This document shows positions 1-10,477 of a stretch of 64,000 nt of DNA, in pieces. Position numbers and translations under genes: made by a program. The stretch covers positions 1,312,001 to 1,376,000 of the forward strand of contig OZ253580.1 of NCBI GenBank assembly GCA_965263035.1, given 5' to 3'. Within the stretch, counting starts at the first letter, position 1. Every line of letters begins with the position of its first letter. The DNA comes from Acidobacteriota bacterium. Its GTDB lineage: Bacteria > Acidobacteriota > UBA6911 > RPQK01 > JAJDTT01. The notes beneath the pieces are model-generated. The model was not told the DNA's origin. It made no database searches and saw nothing but the letters and a program-made list of their open reading frames with translations.

Positions 1-42
1 TGCCAGAACTGTATGCCAATGGCACTTAGGTATATAAGCCCC

Positions 43-489
43 ATATTCATCTACTACCGGGGGCGGAACTGGCGGGCTCCGGGGCAACTGGACCGGCTGG
101 GCGAAGCGAGGGCTCAGGGAGCCGTCGGCCTGGCGGTGCTGCCGCTGGACGGCTTCATCTCCCTGGACGGAGCCGCCACGCCCGGCGATTACAGCGAAGT
201 GGTCACGCGCTCCTTCGTCTTCTCCGGAAACATCCTCCTCCTCAACGCGCAGGCCGGGATACCGTCCCAAGGCAACGTGGCCGAGGTCCGTGTGGAGATC
301 CTCCGGCCCGACTCCTTCCCCGTCCCGGGCTACAGGTTCGAGGAGACCGACCTGGTGGACGCCGCGGGTCCGGCGAGCGCCGCGAGCTGGCGGGGTGGAG
401 ACGGGGACGTGGGCCGGCTGGCCGGCCAACCCGTCAAGCTCAAGTTCTACTTCCGGCACACCAAACTGTACTCCTTTCAATTCCGGTAA
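43..489 (+). pseudogene. C-terminal fragment of beta-propeller glycosidase-like paralogue (subfamily II)
   Basis: IFIYYRGRNWR...GAVGLAVLPLDGFISL...GQPVKLKFYFRHTKLYSFQF matches the C-terminal third of 658-2241 and 33439-34990. Residues encoded before ~nt 43 do not resemble the paralogues. Confidence 0.75.
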
Positions 490-647
490 CAGTCCGTGGT
501 GAAAGTCCCGCGAGCACCGAGACCGTTCCTGCGCCCGCCGGACAAGGCGCGATTCGGGAGCATACCGGGAGTATGTGACCGAATCGCAACGCAGTCCGCC
601 GGGATGCAGGGACGGTCGAATGCCGTGACGACTTTTGCCACGGGCTG
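490..647. mobile_element. MITE-like element, family B, copy 1
   Basis: Terminal inverted repeats AGTCCGTGGTGAAAGTC / GACTTTTGCCACGGGCT. A diverged inverted copy lies at 9023-9178. Confidence 0.7.
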
Positions 648-657
648 GTAAGGACCG

Positions 658-2241
658 ATGAAGGCTCCCCTTGCGGCAATCCTATCCTTGTCTCTCGGCG
701 GTCAGTGTCTCGCCGAGCTCATCGAGATCGGCACCCGGAAGCAGCTTTTCTTCGACGACAACCTAATCGAAAGCAGGACCGGGGCCCGGCAGGTGCTGAA
801 TCCGGCCGTCAAGCTGGCCGGCAATCCCGTGGTCCGGCAGGACAGGCCCTGGGAAGGCAACGACATCAAGTACGGCAGCCTCGTCTACGATCCCGAACGA
901 AGGCTATTCAGGATGTGGTACTGGAGCCAGACGGTCGAAAAGAGGGACAAGGAGGATCACTACGACGCCAGGAAAGCCTGCTACGCCGTCTCCCGCGATG
1001 GCTACCACTGGGAGAAGCCGGCGCTGGGCCTGGTGGAGTTCGAGGGATCGACGGCAAACAACATCCTGGGCGAAGAGAGCTACCCCCAGGAGAAGCACGG
1101 CACGACGACCGAACCCGGCAGGTTCAAGGGCGGCATCTTCCTCGACCCGGTCGAAAAGGATCCCCGGAAGAGGTACAAGGCGTTCTCCCGCTCCTGGGCC
1201 GAGGGGGCGGTACCGGGGACCGATCTTCCCAAGGGCTTCCGGGTCTGGAATCTCTTCACCTCCCCCGACGCATTCCGCTGGACGCCCTACCCCGGGAATC
1301 CCGTCATCGAGCCGAAGGGTGTCCCGAAACGACATCCGGAGGGGGAACCCTGGGCTAGACGGAAGGGCTATCAAGGATACCTCTGGGGACCCACGTCGAT
1401 GATGGGGTGGGATCCGATTCGTCAAGTCTATGCCGCGTACATGGAGAACTGCCAACACAAGCGATGCCCCCTCCGGAAGCGGGTGATCGGCCGGGCCGAA
1501 AGTCCCGATCTCGTCAACTGGAGCGAACCCTCGACCCTTCTCGTTCCCGACGGCCAGGACCCGCCGGACCTCCAGTTCTACGCCCTGCATGTCTCCGCCT
1601 ACGAGGGGTATTACGTGGGCATGTTGTGGTGTTACCGGGCGTCGAGCCCGGCCACCCGATGGATCCAATTCGTCTTCAGTCGAGACGGGATCCGGTGGGA
1701 CCGCCGCTATCGCCGCCCCTTCATCCCGCTGGGCCCGCCCCCGGAATTCGATTCCGCCGTGATCGCCGCTCTGGCTCCCGTCGTCCACGACAACGAGATC
1801 TTCTGCCTCTACTACGGAAAGAACTTTCGTGACCGGCGGTTGGATCAGATCGGAGGTCCCGCCGTGGGAGCCATGGGCCTGGCGGTGCTGCCCCTGGACG
1901 GTTGGGTCTCGCTCGAGAACGACGATCAGACCCGCAACCGCTACGCGGAGGTGGTCACCCTTCCCTTCACGTTTTCGGGAAGCCGGCTCCAGGTCAACGT
2001 CGGCCCCCAGGTTGATGGAGAGAGCGCCCGCTTCAGCTTGAATGTGGAAATCCTGGCACCGGACCACTTCCGGGTGAAGGGCTACAGCTTCGAGGAGTCC
2101 GATTCCATCACTCGGGGAGGGGTGGCCCGGGTCGCAAGCTGGAATGGAGAGGACGATCTCAGCTCGTTGGCCGGGAAGCCGATCAAGCTGAAGTTCTACC
2201 TGAAGAACGCCCGGCTCTTCTCCTACCAGTTCGTCCCCTGA
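658..2241 (+). CDS. Secreted beta-propeller glycosidase-like protein (GH32/GH130/GH43-like fold), subfamily II
   Basis: Signal peptide; IGTRKQLFFDD start; YAVSRDGYHWEKP and SRDGIRWD Asp-box-like motifs; CQHKRC motif; conserved GKPIKLKFYLKNARLFSYQF end. Confidence 0.8.
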   Translation: MKAPLAAILSLSLGGQCLAELIEIGTRKQLFFDDNLIESRTGARQVLNPAVKLAGNPVVRQDRPWEGNDIKYGSLVYDPERRLFRMWYWSQTVEKRDKEDHYDARKACYAVSRDGYHWEKPALGLVEFEGSTANNILGEESYPQEKHGTTTEPGRFKGGIFLDPVEKDPRKRYKAFSRSWAEGAVPGTDLPKGFRVWNLFTSPDAFRWTPYPGNPVIEPKGVPKRHPEGEPWARRKGYQGYLWGPTSMMGWDPIRQVYAAYMENCQHKRCPLRKRVIGRAESPDLVNWSEPSTLLVPDGQDPPDLQFYALHVSAYEGYYVGMLWCYRASSPATRWIQFVFSRDGIRWDRRYRRPFIPLGPPPEFDSAVIAALAPVVHDNEIFCLYYGKNFRDRRLDQIGGPAVGAMGLAVLPLDGWVSLENDDQTRNRYAEVVTLPFTFSGSRLQVNVGPQVDGESARFSLNVEILAPDHFRVKGYSFEESDSITRGGVARVASWNGEDDLSSLAGKPIKLKFYLKNARLFSYQFVP

Positions 2242-2304
2242 CCCGCAGCTTCGAGTGGAGTCATGGTCGCTGGTTCAAATCCAGACGCACCGGGTAAAGG
2301 GAAG

Positions 2305-4170
2305 ATGGCATGTGCCCGGGAGCTGAGAACCGGGTTGCTGCTCCTGCTGTGCTGCTTCGCACCGCCGGACCTGTATGCGGGGGAGACGGCGATCCGGCAC
2401 AGCACCTACGAGGAATTCATTCAGGGGTCCCTCGGAGACGGCGGCGCCCGCACCTACATCTCCCGCCGGGGCAGGGTTCAACTGATTCCGCGCTGGGACC
2501 TGAACCGGGACGGTTACCTGGACGTCGTCTTCAACCAGGACCACAATCCGGTCGAGAACGTGGACGCCTTCATCTACTGGGGAAGTGCGGAGGGATACCG
2601 GTCCCTCTTCCCTCCATTCTGGAAGGAGGTCCTGCCCACTTACAAGCTCTTCAAGTCCCTCGTTGAGAACCGCCGCCACATCTCCTTTCTCCCCACCTTT
2701 GGAGGCGGACCGGTCCGGGTGGCGGACCTGAACCGGGACGGCCATCCCGACATCGTGCTCATGAACCAGCTCAGCGGCCGGAAAGCGGGCGAAATTCCTT
2801 CGCTCATCTTCTGGGGGAACTCGGCCCATCACTACTCGGAGGCGAACGCGGCGCTCATTCCCGCCCCGGCGAAGCCCTACTTCTCGAAGGTCGCCGACTT
2901 CGATGACGACGGCTATCCCGACCTGGTCTTCTCGGGCGTGTCCCCCTTCCTGCTCTGGGGCGGGCCCCGGGGATTCCTACGAACCTTTCGCTTCGGGCTC
3001 GATGCCCGGACGACGGGGATCGACGTGGCGGATTACGATCGGGACGGCTACCTGGATGTCATCTTCCTGGTGATGTCCCGCGATCCCTCGGTGCGCCATT
3101 ACGGATTGATCTATCTCGGTGGAGCGGACGGGTTTTCGGCGGGCCGGACCCTGCGAGTCGCACCCCGGGCCTACAAGAGCCTGTACCTGGCCACCGCCGA
3201 CCTCGACCGGGATGGCTTCCTGGACCTGATCTTTGGGGGGACCGAGACGCCCGACCAGCTCTCGGAGATCGTCTGGGGCGGCCGGAGCGGGTTCTCCGAA
3301 AGACCCTCGACCCTGCTCAAGACCAACTGGGTCAATGTCCCGGCAGTCGCGGACCTGGACCGGAACGGCTGGCTCGACATCGTCTTTCCCGGCCGCATGG
3401 ACGCTCTGACCCAGTCGACCCACACCCGAAGCCTGATCATGTGGGGCGGCACCAACGGCTTTTCCGAGAAGAACCGGACCGAACTCGAGGCTTTCAATGC
3501 ATCCGTCATCCGGGTGTCCGACTTGAACCGGGACGGATCGCTCGACCTGGTTTCCAGCAACTACAAGGCGGAGCAGACCCGGCGCCTTCCCGTCTTCATC
3601 TATTGGGGCAGCGGCGGGGCCGGCTACGAAAACCGCCGCAGGACCGAACTTCCGGCGGAATCATCCTGCGGCATCCAGCTGCTGGACCTGAATCAGGACC
3701 GGTACCCGGAGATCGTCGTCAACAACCACATCAAGGATGGCGACCACAACTTCGGCGCCTACCTCTACTGGGGAGGCGAGGAGGGCTATTCCGTACAGCG
3801 CCGGACCCACCTTCCAACGGCGGGAACGCATTTCGCTCATGGGATCGCTCCCGGCAACATCTATGACCGGGGTCCTGAGTACGACTATCTGTCGCGGGTG
3901 CTCCCGATCCCGGACAAACGGCGCTTCCTGGTTCCTGAATGGAGGGGTGAGACACCCCACAACACCTCGATCCGCATGCAGCTTCGCTTCGGACCTGACC
4001 AGTCACCATTGACTGGCGCCGCCTGGAGGGAGACCGGCCGCGGGGAGTGCCACTCCCTGAATGAGGATTCCGCGGCCCTGCAATACCGTGCCGTCCTGGT
4101 ATCCCCGGATGGGGGCAACAGTCCCGTCTTGGAGCAAGTCGTCCTGCGTTTCGTGGACTCATGTCCCTGA
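2305..4170 (+). CDS. FG-GAP/VCBS repeat protein, secreted
   Basis: Many DLNRDGxLD repeats followed by IYWG; signal-like N-terminus. Alternative start at 2263. Confidence 0.85.
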   Translation: MACARELRTGLLLLLCCFAPPDLYAGETAIRHSTYEEFIQGSLGDGGARTYISRRGRVQLIPRWDLNRDGYLDVVFNQDHNPVENVDAFIYWGSAEGYRSLFPPFWKEVLPTYKLFKSLVENRRHISFLPTFGGGPVRVADLNRDGHPDIVLMNQLSGRKAGEIPSLIFWGNSAHHYSEANAALIPAPAKPYFSKVADFDDDGYPDLVFSGVSPFLLWGGPRGFLRTFRFGLDARTTGIDVADYDRDGYLDVIFLVMSRDPSVRHYGLIYLGGADGFSAGRTLRVAPRAYKSLYLATADLDRDGFLDLIFGGTETPDQLSEIVWGGRSGFSERPSTLLKTNWVNVPAVADLDRNGWLDIVFPGRMDALTQSTHTRSLIMWGGTNGFSEKNRTELEAFNASVIRVSDLNRDGSLDLVSSNYKAEQTRRLPVFIYWGSGGAGYENRRRTELPAESSCGIQLLDLNQDRYPEIVVNNHIKDGDHNFGAYLYWGGEEGYSVQRRTHLPTAGTHFAHGIAPGNIYDRGPEYDYLSRVLPIPDKRRFLVPEWRGETPHNTSIRMQLRFGPDQSPLTGAAWRETGRGECHSLNEDSAALQYRAVLVSPDGGNSPVLEQVVLRFVDSCP

Positions 4171-4323
4171 CAGTCCCGGGCTCACAGCCACATTCAGGAG
4201 CGATCCCAAGGCGGGCCGGTACCGGGATGGCCGCCAAGTGTCGCTGGGTAGGATGACGAGGGGCTCCTTGCCTTGTCGCGCTGTTGCTTCCGCCCTTATA
4301 TAGTATTGGCCAGGAACCTGCAG

Positions 4324-5790
4324 ATGTTTTCTTCCTTCCTCCTTCGAACCTTCCGGATCGCAGCCGGTTTCCCGCTGCTGGCGTCGTGTCATCCCACGCC
4401 TGAACCAGCGGATGCGTCGGAATCCTTGGCGATCGGCGCGAGACTGGAACTGCTCCTGGACGACTATCTGATAGAGTCCCGCAGGAACCTGGAATTCGAT
4501 GTCCATCAGCCTCGGCCTGCAGAGAAAGTGATGACCTTCGAAGCTCCCTGGGAGGGCCCCTTCTGCGACTACTTCACCGTCTTCGAGGATAAGGGTGTCT
4601 TCCGAATGTACTATGCGACCCACCCACAAGCCGGCTTCGCCTCGGACACGGATCAGTTCACCTGTTATGCGGAGAGCACGAACGGAATCGACTGGACGAA
4701 ACCTTCGCTTGGAATCGTCCGTTTCCAGGGATCCGGGAACAACAACATCATCAATCGAGGCTGGACCGCTCACAACTTCAGCCCCTTCATCGACACGAAA
4801 CCGGGGACGCCTGCCGACCAACGATACAAGGCGGTCGGAGGCCATGCCCGGATCGGCGGTCTGAAGACCTTCGTCTCGGGCGATGGCCTTCACTGGCGCC
4901 TTTTGGCCGAAGAGGCCCGCATCACCAAGGGCAGCTATCCGGAACCCGTGGGTTTCGATTCGCAGAACATCGCCTTCTGGGACCCGCGCCGAGAAGCCTA
5001 CTTCGCCTATTTCCGAGTCAAACACAACGGCAAGCGGGCCATCGGAATCAGCTCCTCGGAAGACTTTCTCCACTGGTCGGATCCCGAGCTGGTACGAGTG
5101 GAAGCTCCTTCTCAGCAACACCTCTATACGAATGCGACGCTCCCCTATTTCCGAGCGCCTCACCTCTACCTGGCTTTTCCCATGCGATACGCTCCCGGCC
5201 ACCCCTCCTTCATCCCAGACACCAAGAGCGCCTGCGACGCTGTCTTGATGTCCAGCCGGGACGGCAAAAACTTCCAACAGCATTCCAGCGAGCCTTTTCT
5301 CTGGCCCGGTCCCGAGAAGGAGAACTGGACCAAGCACAGCAACATGCCGGCCTGGGGATTGCTGGCCACATCGGAGACCGAGTTGTCGGTGTACTACACC
5401 CAGCATTTCTATCTCCCCACCGCCCACTTGAGGCGAGGAACACTGGGTATCGACCGCTTCGTCTCCCTGCACGCTCCCCTTTCAGGAGGGGAGTGGACCA
5501 GCAAACCGCTGCAATTCTCCGGCGATGACCTGGTCCTGAATTACCGGACGAGCGCCGTCGGCAGCATCCGCGTGTCGATCCTGGACCGCGACGGGCAACC
5601 GCTGGACGGCTTCGGAATGGAACAGTTCCCCGAGATTTACGGCGACGAGATCGCCCGCACCGTATCCTGGGGAAACGGCGGGGCGAATCTGGCGAAGCTG
5701 AAGGGTCAAACCGTCCGCCTGCGTTTCGTGATGGAGGATGCGGATCTCTTCTCGATCCAGTTCCGGGAGGCCCAGGCGGGCGGTAGCTGA
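4324..5790 (+). CDS. Beta-propeller glycosidase-like protein, subfamily I, probable lipoprotein
   Basis: LLASC lipobox-like; IGARLELLLDDYLI; YTNATLPYFRAPHLY; VRLRFVMEDADLFSIQF end. Confidence 0.8.
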   Translation: MFSSFLLRTFRIAAGFPLLASCHPTPEPADASESLAIGARLELLLDDYLIESRRNLEFDVHQPRPAEKVMTFEAPWEGPFCDYFTVFEDKGVFRMYYATHPQAGFASDTDQFTCYAESTNGIDWTKPSLGIVRFQGSGNNNIINRGWTAHNFSPFIDTKPGTPADQRYKAVGGHARIGGLKTFVSGDGLHWRLLAEEARITKGSYPEPVGFDSQNIAFWDPRREAYFAYFRVKHNGKRAIGISSSEDFLHWSDPELVRVEAPSQQHLYTNATLPYFRAPHLYLAFPMRYAPGHPSFIPDTKSACDAVLMSSRDGKNFQQHSSEPFLWPGPEKENWTKHSNMPAWGLLATSETELSVYYTQHFYLPTAHLRRGTLGIDRFVSLHAPLSGGEWTSKPLQFSGDDLVLNYRTSAVGSIRVSILDRDGQPLDGFGMEQFPEIYGDEIARTVSWGNGGANLAKLKGQTVRLRFVMEDADLFSIQFREAQAGGS

Positions 5791-5823
5791 CGGGGTCGAA
5801 CGGGATAGTCGATTCTCGGCCCA

Positions 5824-5984
5824 GGAGCCTGCCCGGCAGAAATTAATCTACTGCGAAAGCGGTAGAATCGGTCCATATTTCCCCGATTTCTCGGCGAATA
5901 GAACAACTATGCACCTCCAAATCGGGAAAATCTGGCCTCGATTCCCCGCTTTCTCGCTACGATCATTCCTACCGCGCAGACTCC
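5824..5984 (+). mobile_element. MITE-like element, family A, copy 1 (161 bp)
   Basis: GGAGCCTGC...GCAGACTCC termini and a long imperfect palindrome. Near-identical copies at 29234, 53666 and 55348. Confidence 0.85.
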
Positions 5985-6012
5985 CCGGTCCCTTCAACCT
6001 GGAGGACGGACG

Positions 6013-7536
6013 ATGAGAATGAGACTTTCGGCTCTCACGGCGGCCTTCCTGGCGCTCCCTCTGGGTGCGGCGCCCCCTGCAGAGCAGGCCGAATCCGGGA
6101 TGCCTATCGACATCGGCTCCCGACTGGAACTTTTCGTCGATCACCACCTGATCGATCGGCTGGACGGAGCGCGGCTGATGCTGGGACACCCCCAGCCGGC
6201 GGGAACCGTCCTGAAGGCGGATCGGCCGTGGGAGGGTCCCCACAACTTCGGTTTCCAGGTGATCCACGACGGCGGCGTCTATCGCATGTTCTACCGGGGA
6301 TGGTCCGAAGACGGATCCGTCGTCCTCTGCTACGCCGAGAGCCGCGACGGCGTCCGCTGGGAGAAACTCAGTCTGGGGTTGCTGGAGGTGGATGGCACCT
6401 TTGAGAACAACGTGGTGGCCGTGGTCGACGAGACCGGTCGCCGCCCGGTCCAGAATCTCTATCCTTTCATCGACACCCGCCCCGGGGTGCCGGCCGCCGA
6501 GCGTGTGAAGGGGATCCGCGCCATCCTCCAGTCCAAGGAGCCCTTCCTCATGCACGTCTACCTCTACGGTTCCAGGGACTGGTTCCGGTGGAGGCGGCTG
6601 CGCAAGGAGCCCATCATCGTGAGCGGAATCCCCAACGCCTTCGATTCCTCCAACTACGTCTTCTGGTCCCAGACGGAGGGACTCTACATCTGCTACTTCC
6701 GCTACATGGCCGGGCGGCCCACCGGCTCTTCGCCGGCAGGACTCCGATCCATTCAGCGAGCCACCTCCCGGGACCTGATTCACTGGTCCGAGCCGGAGGC
6801 AATGACCTACAGCGACACCGGGAGCGCGACACCCTCCGATCACTTGTACACCAACAACACGGAGCCCTATTTTCGAGCCCCCCATCTCTACGTGGGTCTG
6901 GCTGCCCGTTTTATGAAGGGCCGGCGCGTCGTCACCGACGCCCAACTGGACCGGATGCGAGTGGCTTCACAAGGAGGCCACGCCTACTACGAGGACTGCT
7001 CCGACGGGGTGCTTCTGACGACCCGGCCCGGGACCACCCGGATCGACCGGACCTTCCTGGAGGCCCTGGTGCGGCCGGGGCGGGGACCGGAGAACTGGGT
7101 CTCCCGGACCAACTATCCCCTGAGGGGAGTGGTGCAGACCGGACCCGCGGAGATGTCGTTCTTCGTGAGCCGGCACTACGCCCAACCTTCCTGGCACATC
7201 GAGCGCATGACCCTGCGCCTGGATGGATTCAGCTCCGTTCGGGCTCCCTACCAGGGAGGCGAGATGCTCACCAGACCCCTGATCTTCTCGGGAAACCGGC
7301 TGGTGATCAACTACGCCACCAGCGCGGCCGGAAGTCTTCGAGTGGAGGTCCAGGACATGGGAGGCCGGCCTTTCCCCGGATTCTCTCTCTCCGATTGCCG
7401 GGAGATCATCGGGGACGAGATCGAACGTCTGGTCACGTGGGAAGGTCGCCAGGATCTGAGTCGTCTCTCAGGGAAGCCGGTTCGGCTGCACTTCGTCATG
7501 AAGGATGCGGATCTCTACTCCATGAGATTCCGATAG
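6013..7536 (+). CDS. Beta-propeller glycosidase-like protein, subfamily I
   Basis: Signal peptide; IGSRLELFVDHHLI; YTNNTEPYFRAPHLY; SRTNYP; GKPVRLHFVMKDADLYSMRFR. Confidence 0.8.
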   Translation: MRMRLSALTAAFLALPLGAAPPAEQAESGMPIDIGSRLELFVDHHLIDRLDGARLMLGHPQPAGTVLKADRPWEGPHNFGFQVIHDGGVYRMFYRGWSEDGSVVLCYAESRDGVRWEKLSLGLLEVDGTFENNVVAVVDETGRRPVQNLYPFIDTRPGVPAAERVKGIRAILQSKEPFLMHVYLYGSRDWFRWRRLRKEPIIVSGIPNAFDSSNYVFWSQTEGLYICYFRYMAGRPTGSSPAGLRSIQRATSRDLIHWSEPEAMTYSDTGSATPSDHLYTNNTEPYFRAPHLYVGLAARFMKGRRVVTDAQLDRMRVASQGGHAYYEDCSDGVLLTTRPGTTRIDRTFLEALVRPGRGPENWVSRTNYPLRGVVQTGPAEMSFFVSRHYAQPSWHIERMTLRLDGFSSVRAPYQGGEMLTRPLIFSGNRLVINYATSAAGSLRVEVQDMGGRPFPGFSLSDCREIIGDEIERLVTWEGRQDLSRLSGKPVRLHFVMKDADLYSMRFR

Positions 7537-7602
7537 AAGCAGAATCCACGGAACCTCCGGGAGGTGCGTCCTGCCGGGATCGGGCGCGCCGCTGCTTCCA
7601 GC

Positions 7603-8973
7603 TCAGTACGGTTCCGTAACCCCGAACAAAGGCGGGTTGCTCATCCACTTGCCCTGGGTGAAATCCGGGAAGTCCACCGGTGCGCTCGAGCGCCGGATCG
7701 ATTGTTCGGAGAGGGGTGAGATCGCCATCCAGGCCGCCATGTCGTAGACGTCGATGGGGGTGTCGATCTTCCGCTTGATGCACTCCTTGAAGGCCCTCAG
7801 CTCCAGAAAGTCGGTTCCGCCATGTCCTTTGCGGATGCCCTGGGCCAGGTATCTCCTCCACAGCGGATGTTCGTACCCTTCCTGAAATCGATCGAAGGAC
7901 TGCCACCGGTGCGGTGGCTCCATGCCGTCCAGGTAGATCATGGACTTGTCCTTCGAACGGCTGTCCGCATCCTGCATCCAGATGCCTTTCGTACCCTGGA
8001 CCACGTACAGGAAGGAGTTGGGTCGGGGCAGGCGAGTGTCGAACTTGACGACCACCGTTTCCTCATTCGCGCACTTGATGGTCGTGGTGACGAGATCGCC
8101 CTGCTTCCAGGCGATGTTTCGACGCGGGTGACCGGCCGGAAGATTCTCCTCGGACCATTTGCCCAAGCCTCGTGACTTGGTCGCCATCGAGGTCAGGTAC
8201 TCGAAACGGTTCCCCCGCTGAATGTTCAGGCAGTGGGCGATGGGACCGATGCTGTGGGTCGGATAGAGCTCTCCGTTGCGGTACTGGTTGTGCGTGGAGC
8301 GGTAGTCCCCCTCCCCCTTGGGAGTGGGGCCCGTGCCCTTTCCCAGGACCAGGCGTTCGCGCAGATCGTGGGCATACCCGCACTGGCAGTGGATGAGTTC
8401 CCCGAATACGCTCTCGCGGACCATTCTGAGGATCGCCATGTTGTATCGGGCATAGCAGTTATTCTCCAGGAGCATGCAGGGAACCCGGGTTTCCTCGTAG
8501 GTCTCCACCAGTTCCCAGCACTCTTCGATGGAGTTGGCCGGGCCGACTTCGACTCCCGCATAGATTCCGGCCTTCATGGAATCGACGGCCATGGGGATGT
8601 GCAGCTCCCAGGGAGTGGCGATGACGACACCGTCGAGGTCGTCGCGTTGCAGCAACTCGAGGTAGGAGCGCTCATCCTTGCCGTACCCCTCGGGACGTGA
8701 GCGGCCCGACTCCTCGACCGCGTCCTGAGCTCGACGCAGGTTGTCGGGGGCGATGTCGCAAACCGCTGGTATGCTCACGTCGAAAAACCCCAGACACAAC
8801 CTCAGGAGCTTCGATCCCCGGCCTCCTATGCCAATCAAGCCGAGGCTGACCTTCCGGTCATCGGCGCCCTTCAGGATGGCGGGCGTCAGACCGAGTCCAA
8901 GGCCGGCAACGGACACCTGCTTGAGGAAACCTCGGCGGTCGGATGGCGAAACGCTCATGTTCTGTCGGTTCAT
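7603..8973 (-). CDS. Gfo/Idh/MocA NAD-dependent oxidoreductase, GH109-like, Tat-exported
   Basis: DRRGFLK Tat motif; GxGxRG Rossmann motif; IATPWELH; MLLENNCY; YPTHSIGP; GHGGTDF. AGGAGG RBS precedes 8973. Confidence 0.85.
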   Translation of the reverse strand: MNRQNMSVSPSDRRGFLKQVSVAGLGLGLTPAILKGADDRKVSLGLIGIGGRGSKLLRLCLGFFDVSIPAVCDIAPDNLRRAQDAVEESGRSRPEGYGKDERSYLELLQRDDLDGVVIATPWELHIPMAVDSMKAGIYAGVEVGPANSIEECWELVETYEETRVPCMLLENNCYARYNMAILRMVRESVFGELIHCQCGYAHDLRERLVLGKGTGPTPKGEGDYRSTHNQYRNGELYPTHSIGPIAHCLNIQRGNRFEYLTSMATKSRGLGKWSEENLPAGHPRRNIAWKQGDLVTTTIKCANEETVVVKFDTRLPRPNSFLYVVQGTKGIWMQDADSRSKDKSMIYLDGMEPPHRWQSFDRFQEGYEHPLWRRYLAQGIRKGHGGTDFLELRAFKECIKRKIDTPIDVYDMAAWMAISPLSEQSIRRSSAPVDFPDFTQGKWMSNPPLFGVTEPY

Positions 8974-9022
8974 CCTGTTCCTCCTGGCCCGACCGAGCCG
9001 TCTTCCCGGCGGCAAGGTCGGT

Positions 9023-9178
9023 AGTCCGTGGCGAAAGTCGTCACGCCATTCCACTGGGTCTGCATTCCGACAGACCGGGTTGCTTCTCGATCACATAGGG
9101 TCGAATAGGTTCCCTCGTCGCGCCTTGTCCGGCGGACGCAGCCCCCGTCTCGGCGCTACGCAGGATTTCTACCACGGG
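9023..9178. mobile_element. MITE-like element, family B, copy 2 (inverted, right end truncated)
   Basis: Homologous to the reverse complement of 490-647 (AGTCCGTGGCGAAAGTCGTCACG...CGCGCCTTGTCCGGCGG...CCACGGG). Confidence 0.7.
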
Positions 9179-9182
9179 AGGG

Positions 9183-9217
9183 AGAAATAGACTGTCCCCT
9201 TTTCGCCCTTTTCGGTC
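9183..9217 (+). repeat. AGAAATAGACTGTCCCCTTTT motif, site A
   Basis: Direct match to the motif, followed by a CCCTTTTCG duplication. Confidence 0.85.
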
Positions 9218-9296
9218 GTCCCGTGCCAAGGCGGCTCAACGCGCCTGAACTGTTTCATTGACCGGACGTTGTCGACATACTACTCGTCAAGGACCG

Positions 9297-10477
9297 ATGT
9301 CGCGTCATCGTATCTTCCAACAGCTCATCATCCTCGGCTGTAGTCTTCTTGCGGCCTTCAGCCCAGGCTGCTCCCTGCAGCGCAAGCCCAACATCGTCTT
9401 CATCCTCGCCGACGACCTGGGCTACCGCGAGCTGGGCTGCTTCGGCCAGGAGCTGATCCGCACCCCCAACCTGGACCGCCTGGCCCGGCAGGGGATGCGG
9501 CTGACGCAGCACTACTCGGGCAGCCCGGTCTGTGCTCCCTCCCGTTGCGTCCTGATGACCGGGAAGCACCCGGGCCATGCCTACATCCGCAGCAACAAGG
9601 CCACGCCACCCGAGGGTCAGGAGCCCATCCCCTCCGCGGAGATCACCCTGCCGGAATTGCTGCGGACACAGGGGTACGTCACCGGGGCCTTCGGCAAGTG
9701 GGGACTGGGTGGACCCGGATCCAGCGGAGACCCGCTGCGGCAGGGAATGGACCGATTCTTCGGATACAATTGCCAGAGCCACGCCCACAGCTACTATCCC
9801 TCCTACCTGTGGAAAGACAATCAGCGCATCCCGCTGCGGAACGATCCACCGGTTCCCGGGCACGCCGGCCTCGCCCCGGGAGACGACCCTTCCGATCCAC
9901 GCAGCTACGATCGCTTCAAGGGGCCCGACTATGCGCCCGACCGGATCAACGGCCAGGCGTTGGAGTTCATCCGGGCCAACCGGAACCGGCCGTTCTTCCT
10001 CTACTACCCGACCATCATTCCGCACTTGGCGCTTCACGTACCCGACGAGGAGCTCGAGCCCTATCTCGACCTGGGGTGGGAGGACCCACCCTTCTGGAAC
10101 TGGTCGGCGCCCCCCAGGCCAAGCCGAAGAAGATCGATGGAATCAGCCTGGCACCCACACTGCTCGGGCGAAGACAGGACCCGCGACCATTCCTGTACCG
10201 TGAGTTCCCCAGCTACGGAGGGCAGCAGGCGGTGCGCGTAGGAGACTGGAAGGCCGTCCGGCAGAACATGAACGATGGAAATCTCGAGGTCGAGTTGTAC
10301 CATCTCGCTCAGGACATCGGTGAGCGGAACAACATCGCCGACCGGCATCCGGAGGTGGCGTCGGAGCTCACCGCACTGATGGAGAGGGAGCACACGCCAT
10401 CCAGGTTGTTCCCACTGAAACCGCTGGACTCGCCACCAAGCAACTCGGAGGCAGCGAAGGGAGTCCACCTTCGATGA
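9297..10477 (+). pseudogene. Sulfatase with internal deletion and frameshift
   Basis: ILADDLG, CAPSR and GKWGLG in one frame up to WEDPPF (~10095), then the C-terminal PTLLEL...DGISLAP...ELYHLAQDIGE in another frame. The central SDNG/LRGxKG/EGGIRVP block is missing. Confidence 0.85.

Noticed and set aside
5738-6016. Short ORFs containing QKLIYCESGRI (also near 28942-29370 and 55188-55484)
   Set aside because: They are translations of the MITE family A sequence.
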